DNA of 19,315 nucleotides from Bacteriovoracaceae bacterium (GCA_041586955.1 JBFGZE010000069.1:1-19315), one strand, 5' to 3'. Positions 1 through 8,045 are shown, numbered from the stretch's first letter. Numbers and translations are program-made. The notes: generated by a model not told the origin, from the sequence alone.

Positions 1-1242
1 AAAAAAACGCCATCACAACATTGGTCTCTACAGTTTTTAAGTCATTTAGCAGACCAAATCTTTCCTAAGCTGCACGCCATTGATTCTCGTTTAGGCAATG
101 CTCTCTCTTTGGCAACAGGCTCTTCTTCCTTTACTTATTTTCTCACCCGTAAAAATACTGATTGGCAGGCGCAATCCTACGATGCATCAAAAGATTCGAA
201 TAATGGCCTTGATACTTCGGCAACTTTCGTTGATGTTTCCAAGTTACCCATCGAAAAACAAACGGGATTCCCGATCCCAGAAACTCGTGTCATTTATTTA
301 CAAAAAGTCATTGACTCCGTGGAAGATAATATTCGTCTATCGCAAGGGGCGATTGAGTCAGCGGCAAATTACCGTAATGAATTACGCTCTCTCGTGAAAA
401 AAATGAAACAAGAAATGGGACTGGATATCCAGGGACTCAATGAGGCCCCGGTTAAGGAAAAAAAATATGCCGGTTTTTGTGTCGCCAAAGGATCAAACGG
501 AGATTTTAAATCAGATAAGTCCTGTCAATGTGGCCGCAGCAATACCTGTGCTACCTTTAAATACCCCAAAGCTGCTTTTAGTTCCGATAAAAACCTTTCC
601 CGTGCCGCTCGCCTTAGTACGGACCTCGCCAACGCCACTATGTCTGGAAACTTACAAAAGGCCAATTTAAAATCTTCCCAATTATCAAAGAGTGCCGCAG
701 CAGTTAATAAATTCCGAAATGATCAATTAAAAGATCTTAAAAAAGATGATCCAAAAATGGGTCAAATATTAAAACAGGCCAGTCTCTTGGAGCGCTCCTT
801 AAATGACAAGTCCGTCGCTGCCTTTAAAAAGATGGCACCAGAGTTGGCCTCGTTTGAAAAGCAAAGCGGAATGCTCGGTGGAAATAGCAGATCATTAAGC
901 TCCAAAAAAAGTCCTAAAGCGGGGTCTAAAAAGAACCTCTCGGCGCGAGATGGCCAGGACTCTCTCACTCTTCCCCCAACAGCTAGCGCAACGGGGACAA
1001 CTAGTGCCAAAAATGACCTAAAAGTGAATTATGACGATCAAGCGGATCAAGGAGAGGACATTAATGAAGAAGACCAACTCTTTGCCTCTTTTCCCGATGA
1101 CCCTTCAAGAGGCCGCCGTTTGCTCAAAAAAACAGATGGTGAAGAAGTGAATGATAATCGTAATAAATCACTTTTTAAGATTATCTCAAAACGCTATGAA
1201 CGAACGGCCTTCCCTCTCTTTTTTAGAAAAAGAAAACTTTGA
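1..1242 (+). CDS. 3' part of a large hypothetical protein (5'-truncated by the window edge), probably exported; CxC-x5-C motif, low-complexity linker and C-terminal 'SLFKIISKRY' motif
   Basis: Frame 1 is open from base 1 (KKTPSQHWSLQF...) to TGA at 1240-1242, so the TTG at 109 is not the true start. Contains 'SCQCGRSNTC', helical K/Q/L-rich segments, an S/K/D-rich disordered stretch and the tail NKSLFKIISKRYERTAFPLFFRKRKL. Confidence 0.8.
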   Translation, partial: KKTPSQHWSLQFLSHLADQIFPKLHAIDSRLGNALSLATGSSSFTYFLTRKNTDWQAQSYDASKDSNNGLDTSATFVDVSKLPIEKQTGFPIPETRVIYLQKVIDSVEDNIRLSQGAIESAANYRNELRSLVKKMKQEMGLDIQGLNEAPVKEKKYAGFCVAKGSNGDFKSDKSCQCGRSNTCATFKYPKAAFSSDKNLSRAARLSTDLANATMSGNLQKANLKSSQLSKSAAAVNKFRNDQLKDLKKDDPKMGQILKQASLLERSLNDKSVAAFKKMAPELASFEKQSGMLGGNSRSLSSKKSPKAGSKKNLSARDGQDSLTLPPTASATGTTSAKNDLKVNYDDQADQGEDINEEDQLFASFPDDPSRGRRLLKKTDGEEVNDNRNKSLFKIISKRYERTAFPLFFRKRKL

Positions 1243-1266
1243 TATTTTTGGCCCTTCGGCCATAAT
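1239..1266 (+). promoter_or_regulatory. Putative sigma70 promoter for the LRR gene, predicting a leaderless transcript
   Basis: TTGATA (1239-1244), 16-nt spacer, CATAAT (1261-1266). Predicted +1 falls on the A of ATG at 1273. No Shine-Dalgarno upstream. Confidence 0.45.
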
Positions 1267-1272
1267 AATAAT

Positions 1273-1830
1273 ATGCTCATCAAATTAAGGAAAAATATTT
1301 CTTCATTTCCAAGAGAAGTCCTTGAAAAAAAGGATCTTAAGGAATTGGAGATCATTGGTGGCCAATTACATTCCATCCCCGAAGAGATTGCTTCGCTCCC
1401 TCTAAAGAGTTTTAAATTAAAAACTGATGGTTTATGTCATATTCCTATTCAATTATTACAATTACCAGGACTAGAGCGTTTGGCGATCAAAAATACACCT
1501 TTGCAATTGCCACATTTAGACTCTCTGCCAGGTGCAAACCTTAAAGAATTAATATTAAGCGGTTGTCAATTAACTCAATTTCCCAAGTGGTTAGAAGATT
1601 GCCATCAATTAACTCTGCTCGATTTTTCTCAAAATAAGTTAACCCATTTTCCGGCCTGGATTAAAAGCTTAAACCAATTACAGCGATTGAATTTAGATTC
1701 CAATCAAATTGAGCATATCCCAGAGGCCTTACAGAGTCTCAAAAACCTCAATCATTTATCACTTGATCAAAACCCCTTAACTGAGATAGCGCGACAATCA
1801 TTGTATGATTGGTTTGGTATTTGGTTTTAG
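1273..1830 (+). CDS. Leucine-rich repeat (LRR) protein, LRR-only, no signal peptide
   Basis: About 23-aa repeats of LxxLxLxxNxLxxxP: NLKELILSGCQLTQFP, QLTLLDFSQNKLTHFP, QLQRLNLDSNQIEHIP, NLNHLSLDQNPLT. Confidence 0.9.
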   Translation: MLIKLRKNISSFPREVLEKKDLKELEIIGGQLHSIPEEIASLPLKSFKLKTDGLCHIPIQLLQLPGLERLAIKNTPLQLPHLDSLPGANLKELILSGCQLTQFPKWLEDCHQLTLLDFSQNKLTHFPAWIKSLNQLQRLNLDSNQIEHIPEALQSLKNLNHLSLDQNPLTEIARQSLYDWFGIWF

Positions 1831-2672
1831 GGAAGAGGAATTTCTCCATAAAGGTTCGGTATAAAACCCCAACTCCCCTCATAAAAAAGATGCCCACCCT
1901 TTAACACCGGGCCAGGGCCATTTTCGAAATAGAATAATGTTTGGATATCAATCTTGGGTTTCCAATAACTCAATTCATCAATAATAAGGCCCACACCGAC
2001 AACCCCAATTTCTTGGGCCATAGTGTTCGTCAAACGCATATTCGACCATAAAGGCGAGAAAGATTGCCTTAGCTTATGCCACTCTAAGTCCGTTGTTAGT
2101 GAAATTCCCAGAGACTTGAGAAGTGCCTGTCTCTTAGATGCCTTAGTAATAAAATTGATTAATTTTGGGCGTAACTTGGTGCTGTCTTGAGCTGGGACCA
2201 AAAACTCTGCACCATTTCGAATCTCACACACCGCCTTTTTTAATATTGCCGAGTCTAATCGCCCTAATAAATCACGACATGGAAAAGATAATCGGTTATG
2301 GCCTTTATTCATCCGGATTTTCAAATAAAGAGATTTATTTTTACGGCGAAACTCTACCCCTTGGATCACGACATAAAAACTCGAGGGCAAAGCTCTACCG
2401 CTTATGTTCTCCCAGCCATGAAGTAATTCTTTAAGCGCCAGGTCCTCAAGGACAAAATCACCCATCACCGCGAGGCTCCTCATCAACTTAAGCCCGAACC
2501 CAAAAACATGGCGCTCTTGTCTTAAATCACCCAATATTTTTTGGAGAATAATTTGATCCTGCTCCGACCCAAAATTTTGATCATCGGGTTCCTCAAATTG
2601 CCAGGTTTGCGCAAAAAGAGAGGTTCCCAATAAAAAGTAAATGATAATTTTATGAACGGCCGACAAAAACAT
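1827..2672 (-). CDS. Hypothetical protein with predicted Sec signal peptide
   Basis: 281-aa ORF. N-terminus MFLSAVHKIIIYFLLGTSLFA|QTW. GGAG SD about 8 nt upstream. Convergent 4-nt overlap with the LRR gene. No family recognised. Confidence 0.75.
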   Translation of the reverse strand: MFLSAVHKIIIYFLLGTSLFAQTWQFEEPDDQNFGSEQDQIILQKILGDLRQERHVFGFGLKLMRSLAVMGDFVLEDLALKELLHGWENISGRALPSSFYVVIQGVEFRRKNKSLYLKIRMNKGHNRLSFPCRDLLGRLDSAILKKAVCEIRNGAEFLVPAQDSTKLRPKLINFITKASKRQALLKSLGISLTTDLEWHKLRQSFSPLWSNMRLTNTMAQEIGVVGVGLIIDELSYWKPKIDIQTLFYFENGPGPVLKGGHLFYEGSWGFIPNLYGEIPLP

Positions 2673-2732
2673 GGGCGCCTAAACTCCAAAAATGGCCCTT
2701 AAACAGGGGAAATAATGAATCTTTCCCTTTAT

Positions 2733-3317
2733 TTATTCAATTTCTGTGCCGGCCAGATGCCGCTTATCCCATAAGGCCAAGAGGGCCATAGGAATGGGGA
2801 GTTTGTCCCAATCCAGATCCAGTAATTGCCGTAACTCCTGATTTTTAAGTTCTTCATCATCACGATAGAGTTTTTCCCGCTCCTCTAATAGCTTGATATC
2901 AGAATAGCAACTAAGGCCCTCGGACTCCCCCGATAGGGAGGGGTTAAAGCCCAGGCAACCATAGGGCTTATAGGAGGGATCAATGCTGCAGCCCTTAGGC
3001 CCCTCTTGGAAAAAGGGGCAGGTATAAGTGCGGCGTAGGCCCTGGCCATTACCTGTATCCAGATGGTAATTGAGGCGATAATCTTTAATCGTTTGACTTA
3101 ATTGGTCTGATAATTCCTTCGTGAGCCTCCCCTCTTTTTCTAAAAATAAAAGCAGGTCGACAGTCTCAACAGGAGTCATTTGCATGGAATTGGCCCGAAA
3201 GGTGCAACAAAGGCCAGTGCAAGATTGACAGTTAATACCTTGATTTTTTTTGCCCTTCATGGCTAAAATCAACTTCTCTCGACGAATTTGTGGGGTAATT
3301 TTTTTGAAAAATTGCAT
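2733..3317 (-). CDS. YkgJ-family (CxxCxxCC) zinc/iron-chelating cysteine-cluster protein
   Basis: CQSCTGLCC motif, then CPFF...GCSI...KPYGCLGF, the canonical CPFL-x-C-IY-xx-RP-xx-C pattern. GAGAGGG SD upstream. Confidence 0.85.
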   Translation of the reverse strand: MQFFKKITPQIRREKLILAMKGKKNQGINCQSCTGLCCTFRANSMQMTPVETVDLLLFLEKEGRLTKELSDQLSQTIKDYRLNYHLDTGNGQGLRRTYTCPFFQEGPKGCSIDPSYKPYGCLGFNPSLSGESEGLSCYSDIKLLEEREKLYRDDEELKNQELRQLLDLDWDKLPIPMALLALWDKRHLAGTEIE

Positions 3318-3401
3318 ACCCTCTCTATCCCAGGTTGAGTGGAATCTGTAAAGAGTACTTCCTCTCTTTCATGGACTCCAAAAGGAAGGTATTTTACGCT
3401 T

Positions 3402-3689
3402 ATGGATTTATTAAAATTTCGAGTATTAACAGGTGATGGGCAAATGACGGGGCTAGATGAGCAAGTTATGCTAATCAACTCTGATCATTTGGTTTCTATT
3501 AAACCTATTCGTATTATGATTGATGAGGATGTAATCGATGGTTTTTGGATACGCACCAGTAATGGGAAAAAATACCGAGCAACTGAAATACCACAAGAGA
3601 TCTACGAGCAATTAAAAGAGGATTTGGAGCGTGACCCCTTGGCCACTCCCCATTTTGACCATCACCCTCACACCACACCTTTAAATTAA
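3402..3689 (+). CDS. Small hypothetical protein, possibly FlbD/SwrD-like fold
   Basis: ATG at 3402 follows AAGGAAGGT (3382-3390) and is preferred over the GTG at 3339. 'MLINSDHLVSIK...IRTSNGKKYRATEIPQEI' resembles the recalled FlbD pattern 'LNxDLIExI...ITLxNGKKYxVxExxEE'. Confidence 0.6.
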   Translation: MDLLKFRVLTGDGQMTGLDEQVMLINSDHLVSIKPIRIMIDEDVIDGFWIRTSNGKKYRATEIPQEIYEQLKEDLERDPLATPHFDHHPHTTPLN

Positions 3690-4624
3690 TCTTCATCAAC
3701 GCGAATTTCTTCTTCTAGACCTGATTGGTCTTCAATTAGAGCATCGCCGTCAAAGCCTGGCCGATCATCTAGTTGCACATCAGAATCGGTGCGATAACGC
3801 TTTTCATAATCTTCACCATCATCGTCATTTTTAAACTTTTGTTGATGGGGAGCCGCTTGCTTTACTCGCTTTTCCCATCCAAAGTCACGTTTCAATTCAC
3901 GCGCCATTTGATCCTTCGTAATAAATCCGGCCTTAGTCATTTTCTCTAGAATTGAGCGCATCACCCTTTTCGCAAAAGGCGTTAATTGCTTCTTGCGAAA
4001 GCTCTCCCCATAACGCTTCGGACTAGGAAGAAGCATCGCTAAAAAGGCACCTTCTCGGGCGCCCAGAGACTTAGCGCTGCGTTTAAAATAATATTGACTG
4101 GCATTTTCGACCCCATAAATACCGGGGCCAAATTCAATGATATTAAGATAAACTTCAAGAATTTTTTTCTTTTCAATATCTCTTTCGAGGTAATAAGTAA
4201 TAATGTATTCGCGAAATTTACGCCAATAGGATCGCTCAGAATCAAGGAAAAGGTTTTTGACGACTTGTTGGCTGATAGTACTGGCGCCACGTAATCTCTT
4301 ACCATTATTAATCGTATCGGTAACTGCTTCCTCTAATTGCTTAATATCAACACCATTATGCTGAAAAAATCCCCAGTCTTCACTGATAACGATGGCCTGA
4401 TAAAATTGTGGTGGAATCTCTTTAAGGCGGAGCCAATTTTTTGGTTTTTTATCCACAATTTTATAATCAACTTTTTTATCTTTGGGCAGCCATTTAACGG
4501 CAACATAACCTTTCTTTAATTGATGGATTTCATCGTGTGGGACACTTTGAATTAAATAAGTCACAAGGCCAATAATAAGAAGTATAAGGCATCCTGCAAT
4601 GATGCTTAATTTTTTCTTATTCAC
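3686..4624 (-). CDS. mtgA: Monofunctional biosynthetic peptidoglycan transglycosylase (GT51) with N-terminal TM anchor and acidic C-terminal tail
   Basis: GT51 motifs SEDWGFFQHNGVD, RGASTISQQVVKNLFL, RKFRE, YLNIIEFGPGIYG, LPSP. One N-terminal TM segment. No transpeptidase domain. Confidence 0.9.
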   Translation of the reverse strand: MNKKKLSIIAGCLILLIIGLVTYLIQSVPHDEIHQLKKGYVAVKWLPKDKKVDYKIVDKKPKNWLRLKEIPPQFYQAIVISEDWGFFQHNGVDIKQLEEAVTDTINNGKRLRGASTISQQVVKNLFLDSERSYWRKFREYIITYYLERDIEKKKILEVYLNIIEFGPGIYGVENASQYYFKRSAKSLGAREGAFLAMLLPSPKRYGESFRKKQLTPFAKRVMRSILEKMTKAGFITKDQMARELKRDFGWEKRVKQAAPHQQKFKNDDDGEDYEKRYRTDSDVQLDDRPGFDGDALIEDQSGLEEEIRVDED

Positions 4625-4983
4625 AATATTAGTTCCTCTTTATTGTTTTGATCGATAAAAAGCCGGGACAAACCGAGAGCACCTTCTTGGCATAGGCCAT
4701 AAGGAACCAATAACGATTTTGATTGATCTGAATAGGATTCGTCGGCCTCTTCTATTTTTTTAAATTTTCTTTCCATGGGCAGGCAAGATTTTTTATAAAC
4801 CTGAAAACTAATAAAGTCCTCAAAATTCAAATGCTCCGCTTCAATATGATCGACCATCCAGGTCTGTACGGACTTCGCCTTTGCCATGCGAGATACCATG
4901 ACTTTCTCCGCGATCGTCAGTTCCCTGGATCGAACGGTGATACTCACCAAAAAAATAAATAGGATCACCATCACCAATTTCAC
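4621..4983 (-). CDS. Small exported hypothetical protein, translationally coupled to mtgA
   Basis: GTG start with AAGGAGAG SD. Signal-peptide-like MKLVMVILFIFLVSITVRS. Two Cys. ATGA-type overlap with the mtgA start (4621-4624). Confidence 0.75.
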   Translation of the reverse strand: MKLVMVILFIFLVSITVRSRELTIAEKVMVSRMAKAKSVQTWMVDHIEAEHLNFEDFISFQVYKKSCLPMERKFKKIEEADESYSDQSKSLLVPYGLCQEGALGLSRLFIDQNNKEELIL

Positions 4984-5043
4984 GACACTCTCCTTGTGTA
5001 CCTATAAATACTGACGAAGATGTCGCAATTTGACAAGATTTTT

Positions 5044-5976
5044 CTATTGACTAAATTTTTGTTCCATGTAGGCGCTTACAAGAGAGTGAAGTTGCTGGCA
5101 ATCCTCTGCCACAGGGACGTTGACATCACTCAAATCATAATTGCCCTTTAGGAGAAAGGCCTGGACTCCCCAATCATAAAGATTATCCGACAATTTATCA
5201 CCAATCATTAAAGAGCGACGAAAATCGATGGAAACTAAGCGAGACACTCTCAGCGCCATCCCTGGATAGGGCTTACGAGATAAACTATTGCCACGATAAG
5301 AATCTAATTTCGCCTCTGGATGAAAGGGGCTATAAATCCAATGATCAACGATAATTCCTTTATTCAAAAACCATTCACTCATTTTTTGATGGAGGCGCAA
5401 AACATCCTCCTCGTTATAATAACCGCGACCCACTCCCGACTGGTTAGTCAGGACGATTAACTTCATGCCCCGTGACTGGGCCTCTTTTAAAAGGGGGACT
5501 ATTTCCACATTCATGATTTTTGCTGAGAATTGACTCACATAACCGGCATCAAAATTGAGAATACCGTCGCGATCTAAAAAGAGACAAGGTTCTTGAGTAT
5601 GATTTAATTTGAAAAAAGTGGGAATGAGTTGTGGCGTTACAGTTTCTTCACCATTTGTGCTCATCCACTTCACACCGCCATAATAATAATGATCTAAAAC
5701 CTTGTCAGACTTTTGGACAATGCCTAAATCACCCTGATCGTTGATAATCGACCAGCCATTGCCTGGACCGACACGATACCCCACCAAGATCGCCTCATTA
5801 AAGCGACTCGCACGCGCCAGAAAATGGTCTAATTGGAAGTCATTCCAGTTGGTACCCTCAATAATTAACTCACCATCGAGTTCTTCGTATTGTTTTTGAA
5901 GACGGCCAAAAACCAGCTCGGCCTCTTCCCTTTCACGATTAGTCCAATCGCTTGGCAAAACTAAATGCAGTGCCAT
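5044..5976 (-). CDS. gmhB: HAD-IIIA phosphatase, GmhB (D,D-heptose 1,7-bisphosphate phosphatase)-like, with an extra ~130-aa N-terminal domain
   Basis: LFLDRDG (DxD), LTNQSGVGRG, RKPxPGM, MIGDKLSD. ATG at 5976 follows GGAG-TAG-GA, so it is coupled to the upstream stop at 5979. Confidence 0.8.
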   Translation of the reverse strand: MALHLVLPSDWTNREREEAELVFGRLQKQYEELDGELIIEGTNWNDFQLDHFLARASRFNEAILVGYRVGPGNGWSIINDQGDLGIVQKSDKVLDHYYYGGVKWMSTNGEETVTPQLIPTFFKLNHTQEPCLFLDRDGILNFDAGYVSQFSAKIMNVEIVPLLKEAQSRGMKLIVLTNQSGVGRGYYNEEDVLRLHQKMSEWFLNKGIIVDHWIYSPFHPEAKLDSYRGNSLSRKPYPGMALRVSRLVSIDFRRSLMIGDKLSDNLYDWGVQAFLLKGNYDLSDVNVPVAEDCQQLHSLVSAYMEQKFSQ

Positions 5977-5978
5977 TC

Positions 5979-7007
5979 CTACTCCTTCAAACGTACAGAA
6001 CAATTGACCTTTAAAGCGGGAGTGGTAAAGACATTCATAGGCTTCACTCGAATCTGCAAACTGAGGCCTGTAAACTCCACCTCAAAAGAGGCCAATCCTT
6101 TTTTTGGGGTCTTTATCTTTAAGAGTGGCAATTCTTTTTCCATCTGGCCAGAAGTAAGGGTATGAAATTGTCTCAATAAGTGTCCCTTATCGCGTGCCCC
6201 CTCGTGGAAGCATGTTAATTGAATCATGTCTTTATGTCCGAGACCCAAAAGCGGCATACAGCATTGACCAAAAATTTCAGGCGCCCTTAACCTCAATTTT
6301 TCCATGCCTTTATAAACATCTCCAATCACACGATGATAATGCTCAAAAAGATAAGGGCGGAGGTGCTCAGGTAGTTGACCGGGAAGGTCGCCTATCTCTA
6401 AACTTTGCCAATGCTCATCAAATTGACCTTCAAAGTCTAATTGATATTGCTGATAGAGTTCATGACCCATTTCGGAAAAACTATGATGGACTTTTTCATT
6501 AAGAATATTCTGTTGCTCTTGCGCTAAATCTTTTAAAGAGGGATGGGAGAAATAGCGGGTGAAAAAGCTTAGAATACCGCCAGACTTTGTATTCACGAAG
6601 GCCTTATTCTTACAAAGCTTGAGGCTAATAGGGATTTCACCATCGCCATGTCCAATAAGAAGATCGGCCTCTTTAAATTCTCCATTTTTAAGAGGGTTAT
6701 TAAGTGCCTTACCAACCACTAAAATATGGTCGATTTTTTGAGGTAATAAAGAGGTTAAGTGTTCATGGGCCTTTTTCGCTAATAATGGTAATTGTTGATA
6801 TAGGAGTGGGTCGATTTCACGTACCCATGATTGATAAAATTGCAGTCGGTCTTTTGCTTCACCACCAAAATTGCGCAAAAATGTGGACTCAATCCCTTTT
6901 GCGCGGGCCAAATACTGACCGACAAGGTATTCAAACAAATTCCCTTTAAGTTCATTGAGAAGCGCCTGGTCCTGAGTTGTTGTGTCAAAATTTTGCCAAT
7001 CTTTCAT
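5979..7007 (-). CDS. Putative PD-(D/E)XK-fold nuclease, distantly HaeIII restriction-endonuclease-like; no adjacent methyltransferase
   Basis: Helix-1 'KGNLFE' (E26), 'EADLLI' (D115) and 'EIPISLK' (S128/K130) form the D...SxK active-site variant. C-terminal 'LQIRVKP...PALKVN' parallels the recalled HaeIII-family 'SFRIHN...PSLKFD'. Similarity judged by eye only. Confidence 0.6.
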   Translation of the reverse strand: MKDWQNFDTTTQDQALLNELKGNLFEYLVGQYLARAKGIESTFLRNFGGEAKDRLQFYQSWVREIDPLLYQQLPLLAKKAHEHLTSLLPQKIDHILVVGKALNNPLKNGEFKEADLLIGHGDGEIPISLKLCKNKAFVNTKSGGILSFFTRYFSHPSLKDLAQEQQNILNEKVHHSFSEMGHELYQQYQLDFEGQFDEHWQSLEIGDLPGQLPEHLRPYLFEHYHRVIGDVYKGMEKLRLRAPEIFGQCCMPLLGLGHKDMIQLTCFHEGARDKGHLLRQFHTLTSGQMEKELPLLKIKTPKKGLASFEVEFTGLSLQIRVKPMNVFTTPALKVNCSVRLKE

Positions 7008-7070
7008 ACTAACCTTTTCAAATCAGATTTCCTGTCTTAGACTTGATTAAACTAATCCAAGGCGGAACAT

Positions 7071-8045
7071 GTGAAGGGATTTCCTTCAGTTTTCGAAAGT
7101 ATCAAAGATTTGAGTGTTCCTCAAATCCATCGTCTTTTGAATTTAGCACGTACCTATAAAGAGCAAGGCCTAGACTTTGGCCAGATCCCTAAACCCTTTC
7201 TCCATAGGCCTTTAGTTGCCACCTGTTTTTTAGAGCATTCAACACGCACAATGCATTCTTTTGGTGTTGCCCTTGATCATTTAGGGGCCACTCATATCAA
7301 TTTTGATGCTCAGCGATCAAGCTTGGCCAAAGGTGAAGATTTAGAGCAAACTCTTCTCACTTTGCGGGCCCAGGGCTTTCATTTGGCCGTTATCCGCACT
7401 CCTATCTCTCAACAATTGGCCCCCTTTAAAAGCTCTCCTCCCATCAAAATTATTAATGGAGGAGACGGCCAAAATGAGCACCCGACACAGGCATTATTAG
7501 ACCTATTTACTATGATTGAAATTGGCATGCCCCTTAAAAATCAAACCATTGCCATTATTGGTGATGGCCGTCATTCGCGAGTCACTCATTCCTTAATAGA
7601 ATTATTACCGCAATTTGGTTGCCAAATAATCCTCTGTGGGCCAGAAGAGTTTTTACCACAGGAGCCTTTGCCAACAGGTGTTCAGGCCACTTCGGATATG
7701 AATGAGGCCCTGGAGAAGGCCTCTCTTCTTTACCTTTTACGCATTCAAAAAGAACGCCATGAAAGCAAGATCAATTTTGATGTCGACCATTACGCCACAC
7801 AATATGGACTCAATTTAGAACGCGTCGACTCACTCTCCCGCCGAGTACCAGTATTTCATCCTGGGCCGTGCAATATTGATGTAGAAATCAGTCGCGATCT
7901 CATTCAGTCAAAATATTATTTTGGCCACGAGCAAGTTAAACATTCCATCCCCATGAGGATGGCCATCATCCAGGCAGTATTACAAAATGGTGAAAAAGAA
8001 ATTAAACCATTTGAGTCCTTTCGTACATTGGACTCATTACAATAA
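7071..8045 (+). CDS. pyrB: Aspartate carbamoyltransferase catalytic subunit
   Basis: FLEHSTRT (carbamoyl-phosphate binding), SSLAKGE, HPTQALLD, GDxxHSRV, RIQKER, HPGP, MRMA. Confidence 0.93.
   Translation: MKGFPSVFESIKDLSVPQIHRLLNLARTYKEQGLDFGQIPKPFLHRPLVATCFLEHSTRTMHSFGVALDHLGATHINFDAQRSSLAKGEDLEQTLLTLRAQGFHLAVIRTPISQQLAPFKSSPPIKIINGGDGQNEHPTQALLDLFTMIEIGMPLKNQTIAIIGDGRHSRVTHSLIELLPQFGCQIILCGPEEFLPQEPLPTGVQATSDMNEALEKASLLYLLRIQKERHESKINFDVDHYATQYGLNLERVDSLSRRVPVFHPGPCNIDVEISRDLIQSKYYFGHEQVKHSIPMRMAIIQAVLQNGEKEIKPFESFRTLDSLQ

Noticed and set aside
98..1376. Alternative-frame and antisense ORFs 98-397, 440-670, 762-1010, 1194-1376
   Set aside because: They overlap longer, better supported genes and have no motifs or SD.
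5012..5040. TGACGAAGAT / TGACAAGATT imperfect direct repeat upstream of the mtgA operon
   Set aside because: Too short and degenerate to support a regulator site without comparative data.
5965..7040. ORFs 5965-6165, 6194-6502, 6559-6741, 6704-6949, 6779-6988, 6831-7040 as a possible antitoxin, C-protein or methyltransferase for the nuclease
   Set aside because: They are shadows of the 342-aa gene, with no HTH and no FxGxG/PC or DPPY motifs.
7008..7074. pyrB attenuator or PyrR site; ATG-TGA start-stop (7069-7074) overlapping the pyrB GTG
   Set aside because: No terminator hairpin or ARUCCNGNGAGGY motif in the 63-bp spacer. The ATGTGA overlap needs only a few chance bases.
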